A stretch of DNA of 64,000 nt, from NCBI GenBank assembly GCA_028826165.1, contig JAPDFW010000089.1, positions 62,001 to 126,000 of the forward strand. The letters are read 5' to 3'. Positions 17,799 through 30,968 of the stretch are shown here, piece by piece (the first letter of the stretch is position 1; each line of letters starts with the position of its first letter). The notes beneath the pieces were generated by a model. The model saw only the letters and a program-made list of their open reading frames with translations, was not told the origin of the DNA and did not search any database. This DNA comes from Anaeramoeba ignava BMAN (Eukaryota; Protista; Anaeramoebae). The position numbers and the translations under genes were made by a program.

Positions 17799-19661
17799 AT
17801 GCAATACTTACATTTAATTCCCAAACTTACCAAACAAAAAAACTACACAATTTTCAAACAAACTATTGCAAACGAATTCAAAAAAACAACTGAAAAAATA
17901 AAAAAAACAATAAAAGTAGAAATCAACAAGAAAGAATACGAAGCAGAAGACGGCATGAGTGTACTTGAACTATGCCGCAAACAAGGAATACCAGTGCCCA
18001 CATTATGCTATCATCCCATGCTTGAGCCAGTAGGGAAATGCCGGCTTTGCCTTGTAGAGATTGACAAGTCAGGAAAGCTTGTGCCATCGTGTGTGACCCC
18101 ATTAAAAAACGGGATGAAAATTGAGACAAACACTGAGAGGATCAGAAAAACGGTGAAAACAAATATCGAGCTCCTTCTTTCCAGCCACCCGCATGAGTGC
18201 ACCACTTGTGAGTCTGGAGATCGATGTGAGTTGCAGAAATTAGCCTATATGTATGACGCTAAAGGAAAATTCCCGGCAAACCCAAAAGAGGAAAATAAAA
18301 GCGATCAAGAAGAAGCCGTTGACAAAAGTTCACCTTCTCTTGTGCGAGATATGAACAAGTGCATTCTATGCGGGAGATGTGTGAGGGCATGCTCCGCTTT
18401 ACAAGGAATGAACATTCTCGGAATTGCCGGGAGAGGGGACACTTCTGTTCCAGAAACTCTTTTTAATTCCCCATTAAACACGACTGATTGTATTAATTGT
18501 GGACAGTGTTCTTTCTATTGTCCAGTGGGGGCAATAACAGAGAATTCGAGTGTGAAAGAGGTGAACGATCTTTTGCACGACAAGAAGCAGAAAGTTGTTG
18601 TTTTCCAGACAGCGCCAGCAACGCGGGTGGCCATCAGCGAGGAGTTTGGGTTTGAGCCGGGAACCATATCCACAGGAAGGCTCGTAACCGCGTTGAAGAG
18701 ACTCGGTGCAGACTATGTATTCGATACAAACTTCACTGCTGATCTCACAATTATGGAAGAAGGCAGCGAACTTTTGGATCGGATCAAAAATAACGGTGTT
18801 CTTCCCATGTTCACCTCTTGTTGTCCTGCTTGGATCAATCTTGTCGAACAATCTTATCCTGAGCTCATCCCTAATCTTTCTTCTGCGAGATCCCCTCAAG
18901 GAATGCTTTCTTCACTGATCAAAAGATATTGGGCCAAAAAGAAACAAATCCACGAAAAAAATGTAGTCGTCATTTCCGTTATGCCTTGCACTGCGAAAAA
19001 GGACGAGGCCAAAAGAAAGCAGCTCACGCTCGACGATGGGTCTCAAGAAACCGACTACGTCCTTACTACTCGTGAGCTCGGAAAGCTTATTAAATTGAAC
19101 AGCATCTCTTTCGCTTCTCTTCCCGAAACTCCCCATGATAATCCCCTTGGTGAATCTACTGGTGCAGCTGTTATTTTTGCCAACACAGGCGGCGTTATGG
19201 AGGCTGCTCTTCGTACTGCTTACGAACTTGGCACCGGAAAGCCACTCCCAACCCTTGATTTCCAACCTGTGAGAGGTTTTACCGCGATCAAAGAGGCTGA
19301 CATCGATTTCAATGGCATCCAGCTCAAAGTGGCTGTTGTTCATGGTGCTGTTAATATTCATGAGTACATCAAAAAAATGAAGGCTGGTCTTTTTAAACAC
19401 CATTTTGTTGAGTTCATGGTTTGCAAAGGTGGTTGTATTGGTGGCGGCGGTGAGCCTAAATCTATTTCTGATGATTATCTTCTTAAAAGAATGCAAGGTG
19501 TTTATAAGATTGATAATATTTTGGGTGTTAGGAAATCTCATGAAAATCCTTCTGTTCAAGCTCTTTATAAAGATTTTCTTCAAAAGCCTTTATCTCATAC
19601 TTCTCATAAACTTCTTCATACACACTATGAAGATCGAAAGAAGAAAAACGAAAAGAAATGA
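17799..19661 (+). CDS. hydA: [FeFe]-hydrogenase, group A (CpI/M3-like architecture), with an N-terminal presequence-like extension
   Basis: 2Fe-2S (PTLCY...CRLC...PSC), His-ligated 4Fe-4S (HPHECTTC...C) and 2x4Fe-4S (CILCGRC, CINCGQC..YCP) sites; H-cluster motifs P1 TSCCPAW, P2 MPCTAKKDE and P3 EFMVCKGGCIGGGGEP; small-subunit RKSHENP...LLHTHY. Intronless. Confidence 0.97.
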   Translation: MQYLHLIPKLTKQKNYTIFKQTIANEFKKTTEKIKKTIKVEINKKEYEAEDGMSVLELCRKQGIPVPTLCYHPMLEPVGKCRLCLVEIDKSGKLVPSCVTPLKNGMKIETNTERIRKTVKTNIELLLSSHPHECTTCESGDRCELQKLAYMYDAKGKFPANPKEENKSDQEEAVDKSSPSLVRDMNKCILCGRCVRACSALQGMNILGIAGRGDTSVPETLFNSPLNTTDCINCGQCSFYCPVGAITENSSVKEVNDLLHDKKQKVVVFQTAPATRVAISEEFGFEPGTISTGRLVTALKRLGADYVFDTNFTADLTIMEEGSELLDRIKNNGVLPMFTSCCPAWINLVEQSYPELIPNLSSARSPQGMLSSLIKRYWAKKKQIHEKNVVVISVMPCTAKKDEAKRKQLTLDDGSQETDYVLTTRELGKLIKLNSISFASLPETPHDNPLGESTGAAVIFANTGGVMEAALRTAYELGTGKPLPTLDFQPVRGFTAIKEADIDFNGIQLKVAVVHGAVNIHEYIKKMKAGLFKHHFVEFMVCKGGCIGGGGEPKSISDDYLLKRMQGVYKIDNILGVRKSHENPSVQALYKDFLQKPLSHTSHKLLHTHYEDRKKKNEKK

Positions 19662-20158
19662 TTTAAAATCAAAAACAAAATCAAATCAATTTAGAAAAAG
19701 AATTTAGAAAATCAATTTAATTTAAATCAATTTAGAAAAAGAATTTAAATTTAGAACAATTTAAAAAAACAATTTAAAATCAAATCAACTTAGAAAATCA
19801 ATTTAAATTCAAATCAATTTAAAATCAAATCAACTTAAAAAATCAATTTAAATTCAAAACAATTTAGAAAAAGAATTTAGAAAATTAAATCAAATCAATT
19901 TAGAAAATTAATTCAAATCAATTTAAAATCAAAACAATTTAAAATCAAAAACAAAATCAAATCAATTTAAATTCAAAACAATTTAAAAAATCAATTTAAA
20001 AACAAATCAATTTAAATTTAAATCAATTTAGAAAAACAATTTAAATTTAAAACAATTTAAATAAATCTAATAATATTTTCTTTATTAATAAAGAAAATTA
20101 ATCAAAAAGAAATGATAATAATTTTAATTTTAATTTTAATAATTTTAATAATTTTAAA

Positions 20159-23100
20159 TTATTTTCTATTTTGTGCTTTCACTTGTCGAAGTTGTTGTGA
20201 AAATGTTGCTTTTTCTTCTTCATTTCTAAATTGAATAATTGATTTATTTTTTGAATCTGAAAAACGAATAACTGTTTCTTTTTTTGGATGTTTAGAAACT
20301 TTAAGATTAATTGTTTGAAATAAATATTTTGTTTTTTGATCTTTTGAAATTAATTTAACTAAATTATCTTCAATAACTAATTCAGCATTTGTAATTGGCT
20401 TAAAATTATTTGAAAGAATTTTAACTGAGAAATTATCACTTTGTTGTTTTAATTGTAAATTTCCATTTTGATATTGAAAATTTAATATATTTTTATTTGG
20501 AATTTTTATTGGTTTAATTGGATTTGGTGGATCAATTCCTTTTATTGGTTTTTCTTTTAAATTTTGTTTTAAATTTGATTCTGATTTTGATAATGATTTT
20601 GAATTCGAATTTGATTTTGATTTTGATTTTGAATTTGAATTTGAATTTGATTTTGAATTTGATTTCGAATTTAATTTTGAATCTGATTTTGATAAAGGAT
20701 TTGATTTTGAATTTGATTTTTCTTGTGAATTTGAATCATCAGATGATTCTAATTTAATTTCATTTCCAGAAACAATACTAGTTTTACTTGTTGATGAAGT
20801 TATTGAATTTTCTTTTGAATTTGAATTTTGTTTTAAATTTGAATTTTGTTTTAAATTTGAATTTTGTTTTAAATTTGATTCTGATTTTAAATTTGATTCT
20901 GATTTTGATAATGATTTTGAATTTGATTCTGGTTTTTTCATATTAAAAAAAGAAATTGCTTTTTGAGGATAATTTGAAGATTTTTTTTTCGTTTTTTTCA
21001 TAACTTGTTGTGATTTGGATTTCTTTTGAATCTTTTCTGGATTTGTTTCTAAATTGGATAAAATATATTGAATTTTCCCAATAAAGGAATGATAATCATG
21101 TTCAGAAATCATTGAAAATATATATTGTTTTGATATTAAATCCAATTTAAGAATCCATTTACATTGTAATTCATTTTCATTTAAATTTTCATTTTCGTTT
21201 TCATTTTGATTTTCATTGAAATTTTCATTGAAATTGTTGGAATCGCTAAGTCTCGATAACCCAATAACAGAATGAAATTTATGAAAATATTCCTCGTTTT
21301 TTTGTTGAAAAACTATATCAGATTTTTCAGGCTCAAACCGAAAAATTGATCTGATTGCAAAATCGGATTTCAAACAAAGAACTTCAAATTCATTTTCATT
21401 GACTAAATGCTTTTCTTTCTCTTCTTCTTTTTTTTTAGTATCCAAACAATTTTCAACTTCGCTTTTCTTTTTTTCTATTTTTTCTAAAAAAAATTGTTTC
21501 TCTTCTTTTGTTTGAAAAAGCTCAAAGAAAATTGAAGTTGGAGCTTCTAATTTAACAAGACAAATATCTATATCATCCAAACTAGAAATCTTGCCAAATA
21601 AATTGTGAAAAAAAAGAAACATCAAATCAAAATGAGAAAAAAAAAATTTTTCGAAACAAATTTCAAACATTTCAAATTTTACTTGTAAATCCGAATAGCA
21701 AATTTTTTCTTGAATAAACGAGATAATTTTTAAATAGCTCTTCCCAAATACTAATGTATCAAAATTTGTTAACATATATTTGCCTTCATTTCCTTTTTTC
21801 AAAGATTGGTTTGTATTTTTACAACAATAATCAAACAACAATTCAAACGTTGTAAAATCCTCAAGATTTTTAAACTCAAAAATCATGGATTTGTTTTTTA
21901 AAACTAAACGAGCCACGCTATTTCTTTCCAAAAGCTGGAACTAAATTTAATTTTAGCAATTAAAGTAATTGGAATCAATATTTTGGAATAAACCTGTAAA
22001 GTTTGAATTTAAATTTGATAATTAAAGTACTTCTTTAACATGAGATAACGGAACCACAAAAACAAATCTAACATTTGTGATTAATAAAAAATCCTTTGAT
22101 AGCGCAAGCAGAGTTCTTTCGAAAATAGGTTCAAAACTTGAAGAAAGCATTTGAACTGAAAAAGAAACTCGATTTTTAAATGGATCATCTAAATTTGGTT
22201 TTCTGGATAATTGCTGATATAGCATTATTAATTTATCTGACACTTTCTCTCGAATTTGGGTGTATGTTTCATTTATAATTTGTGTAGGTGTGTTTATAAG
22301 TGTTTCTGGTAATATTTCATTGATGTTTTTGGGTAATTCTGTTGATAAATATGAAATAGGAAGAATTTGAGAAATGTTTTGTATTTGTTGGAATGGAGCA
22401 TGCGCTTGAAATTCTTTAAAAGCGTGAAGTAAAAGAGAAGTTTCTGAAGAAGAAAAAGAATAGATATAAATATTTCCAATTTTTGTTGTAATTTCAATAA
22501 AATTTCTTTCTGAAAGAATTTCCGAAACCTTTACAAAAAAAAAATACCAACAAGAAAAAAGAAAAGAAATTCCATCAATTTTCTTTTTCTTTGTAAATAA
22601 ATTTGTTAAGTTTACAGAAGTTAATCCAGAATATGGACAAAATAAAGTAGGAAAATCATCAGTAATTACTGAAAAATTTCCTCTAGAAAAAACAACCAAA
22701 CATTTACGAAATATCTTTTCACAATAAACAAGTGCTTCAAATTTACATTTTCCTAAGCTTAAAAATCTTGTTGTGATCGCACTTAACTCCTCGTTTTCTT
22801 TTCAATTTTAGCATAAAATAAATAAATTAATTTAATTTCTATTATTCATTCATTTCAAAAGTATCTAAGCATCATTATAATTTTCTTATTCATTTTATTT
22901 GAATTTTCTCAAATAAAATTGTGTTGAAATTCTTTATCAAATTGATATCTTATCATTTTTTTTTCTTGCTTGAAAACAATTATTATAAAATTGGAACAGA
23001 TGCTTAAATACTTTGAATGAAGATAATAACAAATAACTAAATAAATACCGCTTAAAATTGTTCCAAAAATTTGAAAATTTGAACTAACAATTTCATCTAA

Positions 23101-23447
23101 AGAATGATAAATTTTTTTTAAACTAAATAATTTAAGTAAAATAAACCGTTCCTTTCTGATCTTTAACAGAAATAAGAAAGTAATTTTCATTCAATAAATT
23201 AATTCTAACTAAATTTTCTTGGCGAATAGATGTTAATATCTATTTAATTTAAAAAGAAAGAACAAATTTTTTTTTTAAATTTTGAATTTTCAAATTATTT
23301 TTTTAATTAATTTTTTTTTTAACTTGAATATCATTATAATTTATTAATAATGCTTCATGTTTTTGTGTTAAATCTGATTTTATTCTTAAATTATGTGGAA
23401 GAAATTCAATAAATCCTTTTTTATTTGTTTCAAAATGAAAATCAACC
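20159..23447 (-). CDS. Large hypothetical multi-exon protein, possibly with PH-like beta domains and an S/N/K low-complexity linker; 5' structure uncertain
   Basis: ORFs 22022..22699 and 20159..21931 join through the phase-0 intron 22030-21941 (KE|FQLLERN). A further exon-like segment lies at ~23447-23320 (VDFHFETNKKGFIEF...). The C-terminal IIQFRNEEEKATFSQQL resembles a PH-fold terminal helix. Confidence 0.5.
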
Positions 23448-23788
23448 TAAAATGAAAAAAGAAAAAAAGAATTTTTTTTTGAGAATTTTAATTTGACATT
23501 TTATTTGGAAATTTTAAATTGACTTTAATTTTAAAAGAATTTGAAGAAAAATTCTTTTTAATTTTATTAATTAATTGAGGAATTTCTTTTTGCATTTAAT
23601 TAAATAAAAGAAGAAGAAAAAAAATGAAAAATAAAAAGAAGAAAAAATTTAATTTAATTTATTTTTCCCCTTTTTTAATTAATTTTTTTTTTTGATCTTT
23701 TTTTTTTTCATTTTTTTTCTTATTCATTTTTTTTTTTTTTTGCTTTTTAAATAATTAGTTTAATTTTAAAAAATACCGATCAAAACTT

Positions 23789-26700
23789 ATGGGAAATGTT
23801 GTTTCTTCTTTAACTTTTCAACCACCAAAAGAGGTTCCTAAACTAGATTCAACAGCAAAATTTGTGCGAACCAAAAATGGTTTTTCAATTCCGTTACTTA
23901 TTTTTCGACCTCCAAAAGAACCAACTTATAAAACTTCCAGCATTCAAAATAAATATCAGAAATCAATTTCTAATTCTCTTCCTTATACTTTTATTTTTAG
24001 TCATGGAAATTCTGATTCTATTACTTTGATCACTGATTTTGCTGTTGATTTCGTTTTAAAAACAAAATCAAATTTTGTTTTGTATGAATATTGTGGTTAT
24101 CCTTATGCTGAAGGCGAAGTAAGTTTTACTTTCTGAAAAAAAGGGGATTAATTTTAAATCATTATTTAAATTAAATATATATAAATTAAAATATTTAAAT
24201 CAATATTTAAATCAAATATATTTAAATTAAAATATATAAATCAATATTTAAATTAAAATATTTAAATCAATATTTAAATCAAAATTTAAATTAATTAAAT
24301 ATTTAAATTAAAATATTTAAATCAAATATATTTAAATCAAAATATATAAATTAATATATATAAATCAAAATATATAAATCAAATATATTTAAATCAATAT
24401 TTAAATCAAAATATATTTAAATCAAAATATTTAAATTAAATATATTTAAATCAATATATATAAATTAATATATTTAAATTAAAATATTTAAATTAATATA
24501 TTTAAATTAAAATATTTAAATCAAAATATTTAAATCAATATATTTAAATCAAAATATTTAAATCAAAATGTATTTAAATCAAAATCAAAATATTTAAATC
24601 AAAATATTTAAATCAAATATATTTAAATCAAAATATTTAAATCAAAATATTTAAATTAAAATATATAAATTAATATATATAAATCAAAATATTTAAATCA
24701 AAATATTTAAATTAAAATATATAAATCAAAATATTTAAATCAAAATATTTAAATCAAAATATTTAAATTAAATATATTTAAATTAATATATATAAATCAA
24801 AATATATAAATCAAATATATTTAAATTAATATATTTAAATCAAAATATTTAAATCAAAATATATAAATCAATATATATAAATCAAAATATTTAAATCAAA
24901 ATATATTTAAATCGATATATTTAAATCAAAATATATAAATCAAAATATATAAATCAATATATTTAAATTAAAATATATAAATCAAAATACTGTCTTTTTC
25001 ATACATAACGACAAAAGCGAAAAAATTCGCGTTTTAATCATAAAAGAAAAACCGTTAAAAAAATCTATCATTTGAGATTTCATTTTTTAATAATAAAATT
25101 TATTTTATTTTTTTTTTCCTTCCTTTATTCCTCCATTATTAAATGATGCTTTTTTTTCATTTTTTTTTCTTTGTTGTTCGATTTTTTGACTTACATAAAG
25201 ACACTTCTTCTTTTTAAAGATGAACAAATCCTCTTATGAATATTTCAATTCTATTTTTTAATTTAAAAAGCAACAAGGGTTATTTTTTTCCAACTTTTCA
25301 AGTTTTTTTTTGAGTTTTAAGATTTCATTTTTTTTTCAAATTTCATTTTTTTTTCATAACTTTTTGTTTTTTTGTTGTGATGGCCAGATGCAAAAAGAAT
25401 TCAAACAAGAAACCAAAGAAGACTCCAAAAGTAAAATCTGAAAAGACGTAATTATGTTGATATTCTTTGGAAAAATTTTTGAGAAAGTAGAAGAAAAAAG
25501 AAAAGGGGAAGTATTACATATTATGCCAAAAATATAATATTTCCCGCTCAGCATTATCAACTCGTTACTGGAGATGGAAAGAGAGAAGCCCATGAATGAA
25601 AATACAAAAGATGGAAGAGTAGAAGCAAATATAAAAAATAAAAGAATTTTGAAAGAAGATGATGAGAATCAATTATTAGAATTAATACGAGATGATATTT
25701 CTGCTGGAGAATCAATTACACCAAAGCAAATTGGGAAGTTAGCTAAATCTCTTTTTTCTCATCTCGAAAAAAGTCTATCAATTCAAGTTGGATTTATCGA
25801 TTTATGAAGAGAAATAATTTAACATTAAGACAAGCATGCATTCATGAAATTTTCCCTGATGATTTTGATGGGAAAAAGAAGTGGAAGAATTTCTAGAAAT
25901 GACTAAAGATTTGGAAGCAAGATATTCCCATTCTCAAGTATTTAATATGGATGAAACTCATATTGTTTTCGAACCTGAGATTAAAAAGACTGTATCAGAA
26001 AAGGGAAAAAAGCAAGCCCAAATTAAATCTAAAGGAAATCCCAAAGAAGGATGCACAGTAGTGGGATGCATTGGAGCAGATGGGAAACATCTTCCACTAA
26101 CTTTCATTTTGAAAGGAGGTTCTAGAGTTATTAAATGGATTAAGCAGGATATCAGCAATACAAATCTTAAAGGAAATTGTACCTTTTTGCCAATAGTAAG
26201 TCATGGATGACAAGGACAGTTCTAATGAAATGGTTCAAAGAAGTATTTTTACCTAACACTCCCACTCCATGTGCTCTTTTTCTTGATCATTTTAAAGTTC
26301 ATGAAGATAAAACTTTTATTGATTTTGCTTTTAAAAATCAAGTAGAGGTTTTTTTCATTCCTCCTCATTTAACTGGGCAACTTCAACCTTTAGACAAGAT
26401 GATTTTTAGGCAATTTAAATTCAAATATCAAGATGAATTAGAGGAAGAAATTCTATCAGAAGATTCATTAAGAATAAAAAGATTAAAAGTGACAAAAGCA
26501 TGTTTTTCTGCTTGGAATAAAATTGAAGCACATTTATTTGCAAGAGCTTTTCGCAAAAACAGGAATCATTCATGATAATTTAGATTCTTTTGATGAAAAG
26601 TCAGTGATGGATTTTATTGAAACACATTCTGTGAAAAAGATAGAAGCAACTGAAAAAGAGAATTTAAACAAAGAAAAAATAGAAGAAAAAATGAATCTGT

Positions 26701-28479
26701 TCCAACTAAACTTAATTTGGAAATGGAAATAGTAAATTCTGATGAAATTCCACAAACCCACTTTGAAGAAGTCCCAAAAAGGAATCATTTGATTGCAAAA
26801 AACCAACAATTCAAAAACCAAAGAAGCAAGAAAATTTTTTGTTGAAGAGAAAAATTATTCGTTCAATTCTAAAAAGAAAATTAACACTTACACAAATTCC
26901 TCCTAAGATTGGATTTGAGAAAGATTCTAGTATTGAAATAACCCAGAATAAGTTTGGCTATGAGGAGAATACTGAACCAAATGGAGAAGATAACCAAGAA
27001 CTATTTCCTCTTATTAAAAGACCTATGAACAACTTTTTATCATTCCCAATCACCAAAAACATCAATGGGAAGAGATTGTTTTGGATAATGGAATTTTTCA
27101 AATATAAATTGATCAAATTTATGAGGAAATAATTGAGGCCAACACAAATCATTTTTAATAATCATGAGTCATAATTTTATCAAATGACGATTAATAAAAA
27201 AAGTGTCTTAACGAGTGAGAAAATTTGACCTCTACATATGAAACAACGAGGCCCAGAGATCTCTTTCTTATTTTAATTTTTAAATCGATCGTCGTTATGA
27301 TTGATTAAAAAAAAATAAACAAGAAAAAAATCTTTATAAAAATTTTTTGTTTGTTTTAATTAATTTTTTATTGATTTTTGTCGTAATGTATGAATTGTCG
27401 TTATGTATAAAAAAGACAGTATATAAATTAAAATATATAAATCAAAATATATAAATCAATATATTTAAATCAAATATATTTAAATCAAAATATATAAATC
27501 AATATATATAAATCAAAATATTTAAATTAAAATATTTAAATCAAAATATATAAATTAATATATATAAATCAAAATATTTAAATCAAAATATTTAAATTAA
27601 AATATTTAAATTAAAATATTTAAATCAATATATTTAAATCAATATATTTAAATCAATATATTTAAATCAAAATATTTAAATCAAAATATATAAATTAATA
27701 TATATAAATCAAAATATTTAAATCAAAATATTTAAATCAAAATATATAAATCAAAAATATATAAATCAAATATTTAAATCAATATATTTAAATTAAAATA
27801 TTTAATTTCGAATTTTATAAAGTGTTCTGAAACAAATACATATCAATCAGCTGAAGCAGCATATGATTATGTTATTAACGATATGGGAGTTCCACCACAA
27901 CAAGTGATACTTTTTGGATATTCATTAGGAACTGGACCAACACTTTATCTTGCATCAAATAGAGAATGTGGAGGAGTAATATTAATGTCGAGTATTATTT
28001 CTTGTATGAAAACAGTTGTTCATAAAAAATTTGCATGTTCTTCAATTGATATATTCCCAAATCTTGAAATGGCTAAAAAAGTTCAACATTTTACACTTGT
28101 TATTCATGGTATTGATGATAAAACTGTTAAATTTGAAAACGGAAAACAGATCTATTATGCTCTTCCTAATACTTCAAAACCTTTGTGGATTGAAGGTGCT
28201 AATCATTTAAATATTGTTTCTGATTTTCCTCATTTATTTTATCCTCAAATTTCACAATTTATAAGAGATATTAACAATTCAAAAAATTCAAAAAATTCAA
28301 ACAATTCAAAAAATCAAGTTCTTCTTAAAAAAAATATTCCACAAAAAAATCTCAAACAAAAATACAAAACAAAGTTCTGTAAAGAAAACAAGTTTAAGGA
28401 ACCCTTATTATCTCTTCTTCCTTGTGAAGAAAAAAAAGAAGAAAATTTATTAAATGATCCTTTATGGATACCAATTTGA
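23789..28479 (+). CDS. ABHD17-like alpha/beta hydrolase (depalmitoylase family), 2 exons
   Basis: Exon 1 23789-24118 (FQPP, FSHGNS, YEYCGY) and exon 2 27823-28479 (nucleophile GYSLG, VIHGIDDKTV Asp, EGANH His), joined by a phase-0 GT-AG intron. Confidence 0.9.
24990..27419 (+). mobile_element. pogo-superfamily (Tc1/mariner-related) DNA transposon, ~2.43 kb, with TIRs and TA target duplication
   Basis: Left end TA|CTGTCTTTTTCATACATAACGACAA and right end TTGTCGTTATGTATAAAAAAGACAG|TA form a 25-bp TIR with one mismatch. The internal frameshifted transposase has a CENP-B-type HTH region and the motifs VFNMDET, LFLDHF and LQPLD (35 residues between D2 and D3). Confidence 0.92.
25388..26752 (+). 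pseudogene. Frameshifted DDE_1/pogo transposase
   Basis: ORF fragments 25574-25807, 25881-26210, 26177-26575 and 26523-26732 tile one transposase across several frameshifts. Confidence 0.8.
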
Positions 28480-28836
28480 TTTTGATATTGTTATTGCATT
28501 TTTTAGATTGATTTTAATTTTGTTTTGATTTGATTGATTTGATTGATTTGATTTGATTTGATTTGATTGATTTTAATTTGATTGATTTTAATTTTAATTT
28601 GATTGATTTTAATTTTAATTTGATTTGTTTTGATTTGATTTGATTTGATTTGGTTTTGTTTGATTTGGTTTTGTTTGATTTGATTTGATTTGTTTTGATT
28701 TTTATGTTTTTTAAAAAAAGAATTCTATTTTGCAAAAATTTCTTTTTTCTTTTTTCTTTTTTCTTTTTTCTTTTTTCTTGATAATAAAAATAAACATTTC
28801 CTAAGTTGAATAAATTAAAAAATTAATTTCTTTTGT

Positions 28837-30797
28837 TTATTTAATTTCTTTTTTTAAAAGTTGAATTATTTTTTCTAATTCAGAATTTTCAGAAGGAATA
28901 TAATAAAGTTTTCCTTTTGTTTTATCTTTTTTAATTTCAACAATTTCATGATCAAGAAATTCAGTTAAATAATTTTTAAAAATATTATCATTATTAACAA
29001 GTAAATTTTCTTGAGATAAATTAAAAAATTGATTAAAATCCAATCCTTTTTCTTGAGAAGAAAGTTGATAATTTGCGAGAATAATAAAAATATCTCGAGC
29101 ATTTTGAGTCATATTTTTAAGAACAACTAAAAAATTTCTTGATTTACTTCTTCGAGAATGAATTTTAATAACAGATTCGGTTGAATGAAGAGTTTCAAGG
29201 AAATATGGAAGAAATGTTGAAACATTATGACAAATCCAATTAAAAGTTGCAAATACAGAAGTTTCCCAAACTAAATATTTCAAATCAAAATATTTTTATA
29301 AATATTATTATAAATATTTTAAATCATTTCAAATCAATATTATCTTTACGTAAAAAAGAATTAAAATGATCAACTGAAGCTACAAGATCAATATAAGGTG
29401 AAAGTGAAAGTTGAGATAACATAAATTGACAATTTGGTGAACGTAAAGAATATCCATCAATATTATTAATTAATAAAATAACTCTTGTAATATTTTTATT
29501 TTCAATTATAAGATTTTCTTTTTCCTTTTCAACTTCTTGAAGATCTGAAAATGTTGAACTTTCTAAAGTTGTTGAATCAGAAGTTTCACTTTCATCATCA
29601 GAATAATTAGAATCTGAATTTGAATCTGAATTTGATTTAGAATCTGAATTTGATTTATAATTTGAATTTGATTTATAATTTGAATTTGATTTATAATTTG
29701 AATTTGATTTATAATTTGAATTTGAATTTGAATTTGAATTTGAATTTGAATCTGAATTTGAATCTGAATCTGAATTTGAATTTGAATTTGAATTTGAATT
29801 AGAATTAGAATTAGAATTAGAATTTGAATCTGAATTTGAATCTGAATTAGAATTAGAATTAGAATTTGAATCTGAATTAGAATTAGAATTAGAATTTGAA
29901 TTAGAATTAGAATTAGACGTTTCTGATTCGGTTTCATCTTCACTTGATTCATAACTAGAATCATTTGGTGGTTCTTGTCCGATTCTAAATGGTGTTTTTG
30001 GACTGTTATGTGATTCTTTTTTTGATTTTTCTTTTAAATTTTTTTTATCTGGATTTTTAGTTGAATTTTCTTTTTGTTTTTTAGATCTTGTTCCAACATT
30101 TAAATCTGTTTTAAATATTGTTCTTTTTACTTTTCTTTTCTTTCTTAATTTTTTCATATTATTTTCATATAAAACTTGTTGTATATAATAAATCATATCC
30201 ATTTCATCTCGAAAAATTGGTTTTTGAAATAAAATATTTTGTATAATAAAATTCAAAATCTATTTTTGAAATTAATATTAAAATTAAAATTAAATTTGAT
30301 ATTAAAATTAATTTCCTACAGTTTTCAATGTTAATTTTGGATGATATCCATTAATAATAACTAATGGATCACTTCCCATAAAACTTAAGCAAAAATCTTG
30401 AAGAATTTCCTTTTTTGAACCAACACCATAAAATAAAAGACTAAATCCAGATCTTTGTTTTGATTTTTTAAAAATTAAATACTTTTTAAAAACATTTCAA
30501 GAAAAAAGAAATAAAGCTTTTGTTTTACTTTAATTGAATTATCCATTGAGAAAATTGATTTTGATAAAATTGAAGAATTTTTTCAAATTTTTCAGTTTCT
30601 TGATTTTGTTTTACTTCTTTTGAAATAATTTTTGAATATGTAAAAGACTGTAAATTTTGCATGATTTTAAATTGTGGAATATTTTTAAAATTTGATGGAA
30701 GAATGTTTTTAGATGTTTTATTAAATTTAGGATTTTTAGAAGAATAAATTGAAAAATATTCTTCAACTGGATTTAAATTATTTTCTTTTGAATTCAT
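28837..30797 (-). CDS. ORC2: Origin recognition complex subunit 2, 4 exons
   Basis: FSQWIIQLK|SGFSLLFYGVGSKK, VIINGYHP, LLINNIDG, LVASVDH, FNWICHNVSTFLPY, VLKNMTQNARDIF and LTEFLDH match ORC2 motifs. A long Ser/Asn insert is present. Confidence 0.9.
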
Positions 30798-30968
30798 TTT
30801 TTAAAAGAAGAAAAGAAGAAAAATGAAAATTAAGAATAAAAATTTAATTTTGTTTTTGTTTTTGTTTTTGTTTTTGTTGTTTTTGTTTGCCAGAAAAAAA
30901 AAAGAAAATTAAAATCTTTTTTTTTTCATTTTTTCATTTTTTTTTTTCATTTTTTTTTCTTTTTTATA

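Noticed and set aside
17799-19661. Hydrogenase as bacterial contamination or a very recent insertion
   Set aside because: It has the host TTTCATTT/poly-A start context, an N-terminal extension, AT-rich ends blending into the flanks, and the same compositional gradient as other long host exons.
17923-19707. Antisense and alternative-frame ORFs over the hydrogenase (also over the RasGEF last exon)
   Set aside because: They are expected by-products of higher GC and codon bias, with no recognisable motifs.
21941-22030. Internal CAG|GT in a 90-nt intron, suggesting recursive splicing
   Set aside because: It is a single occurrence, would give a very short first sub-intron, and is compatible with chance.
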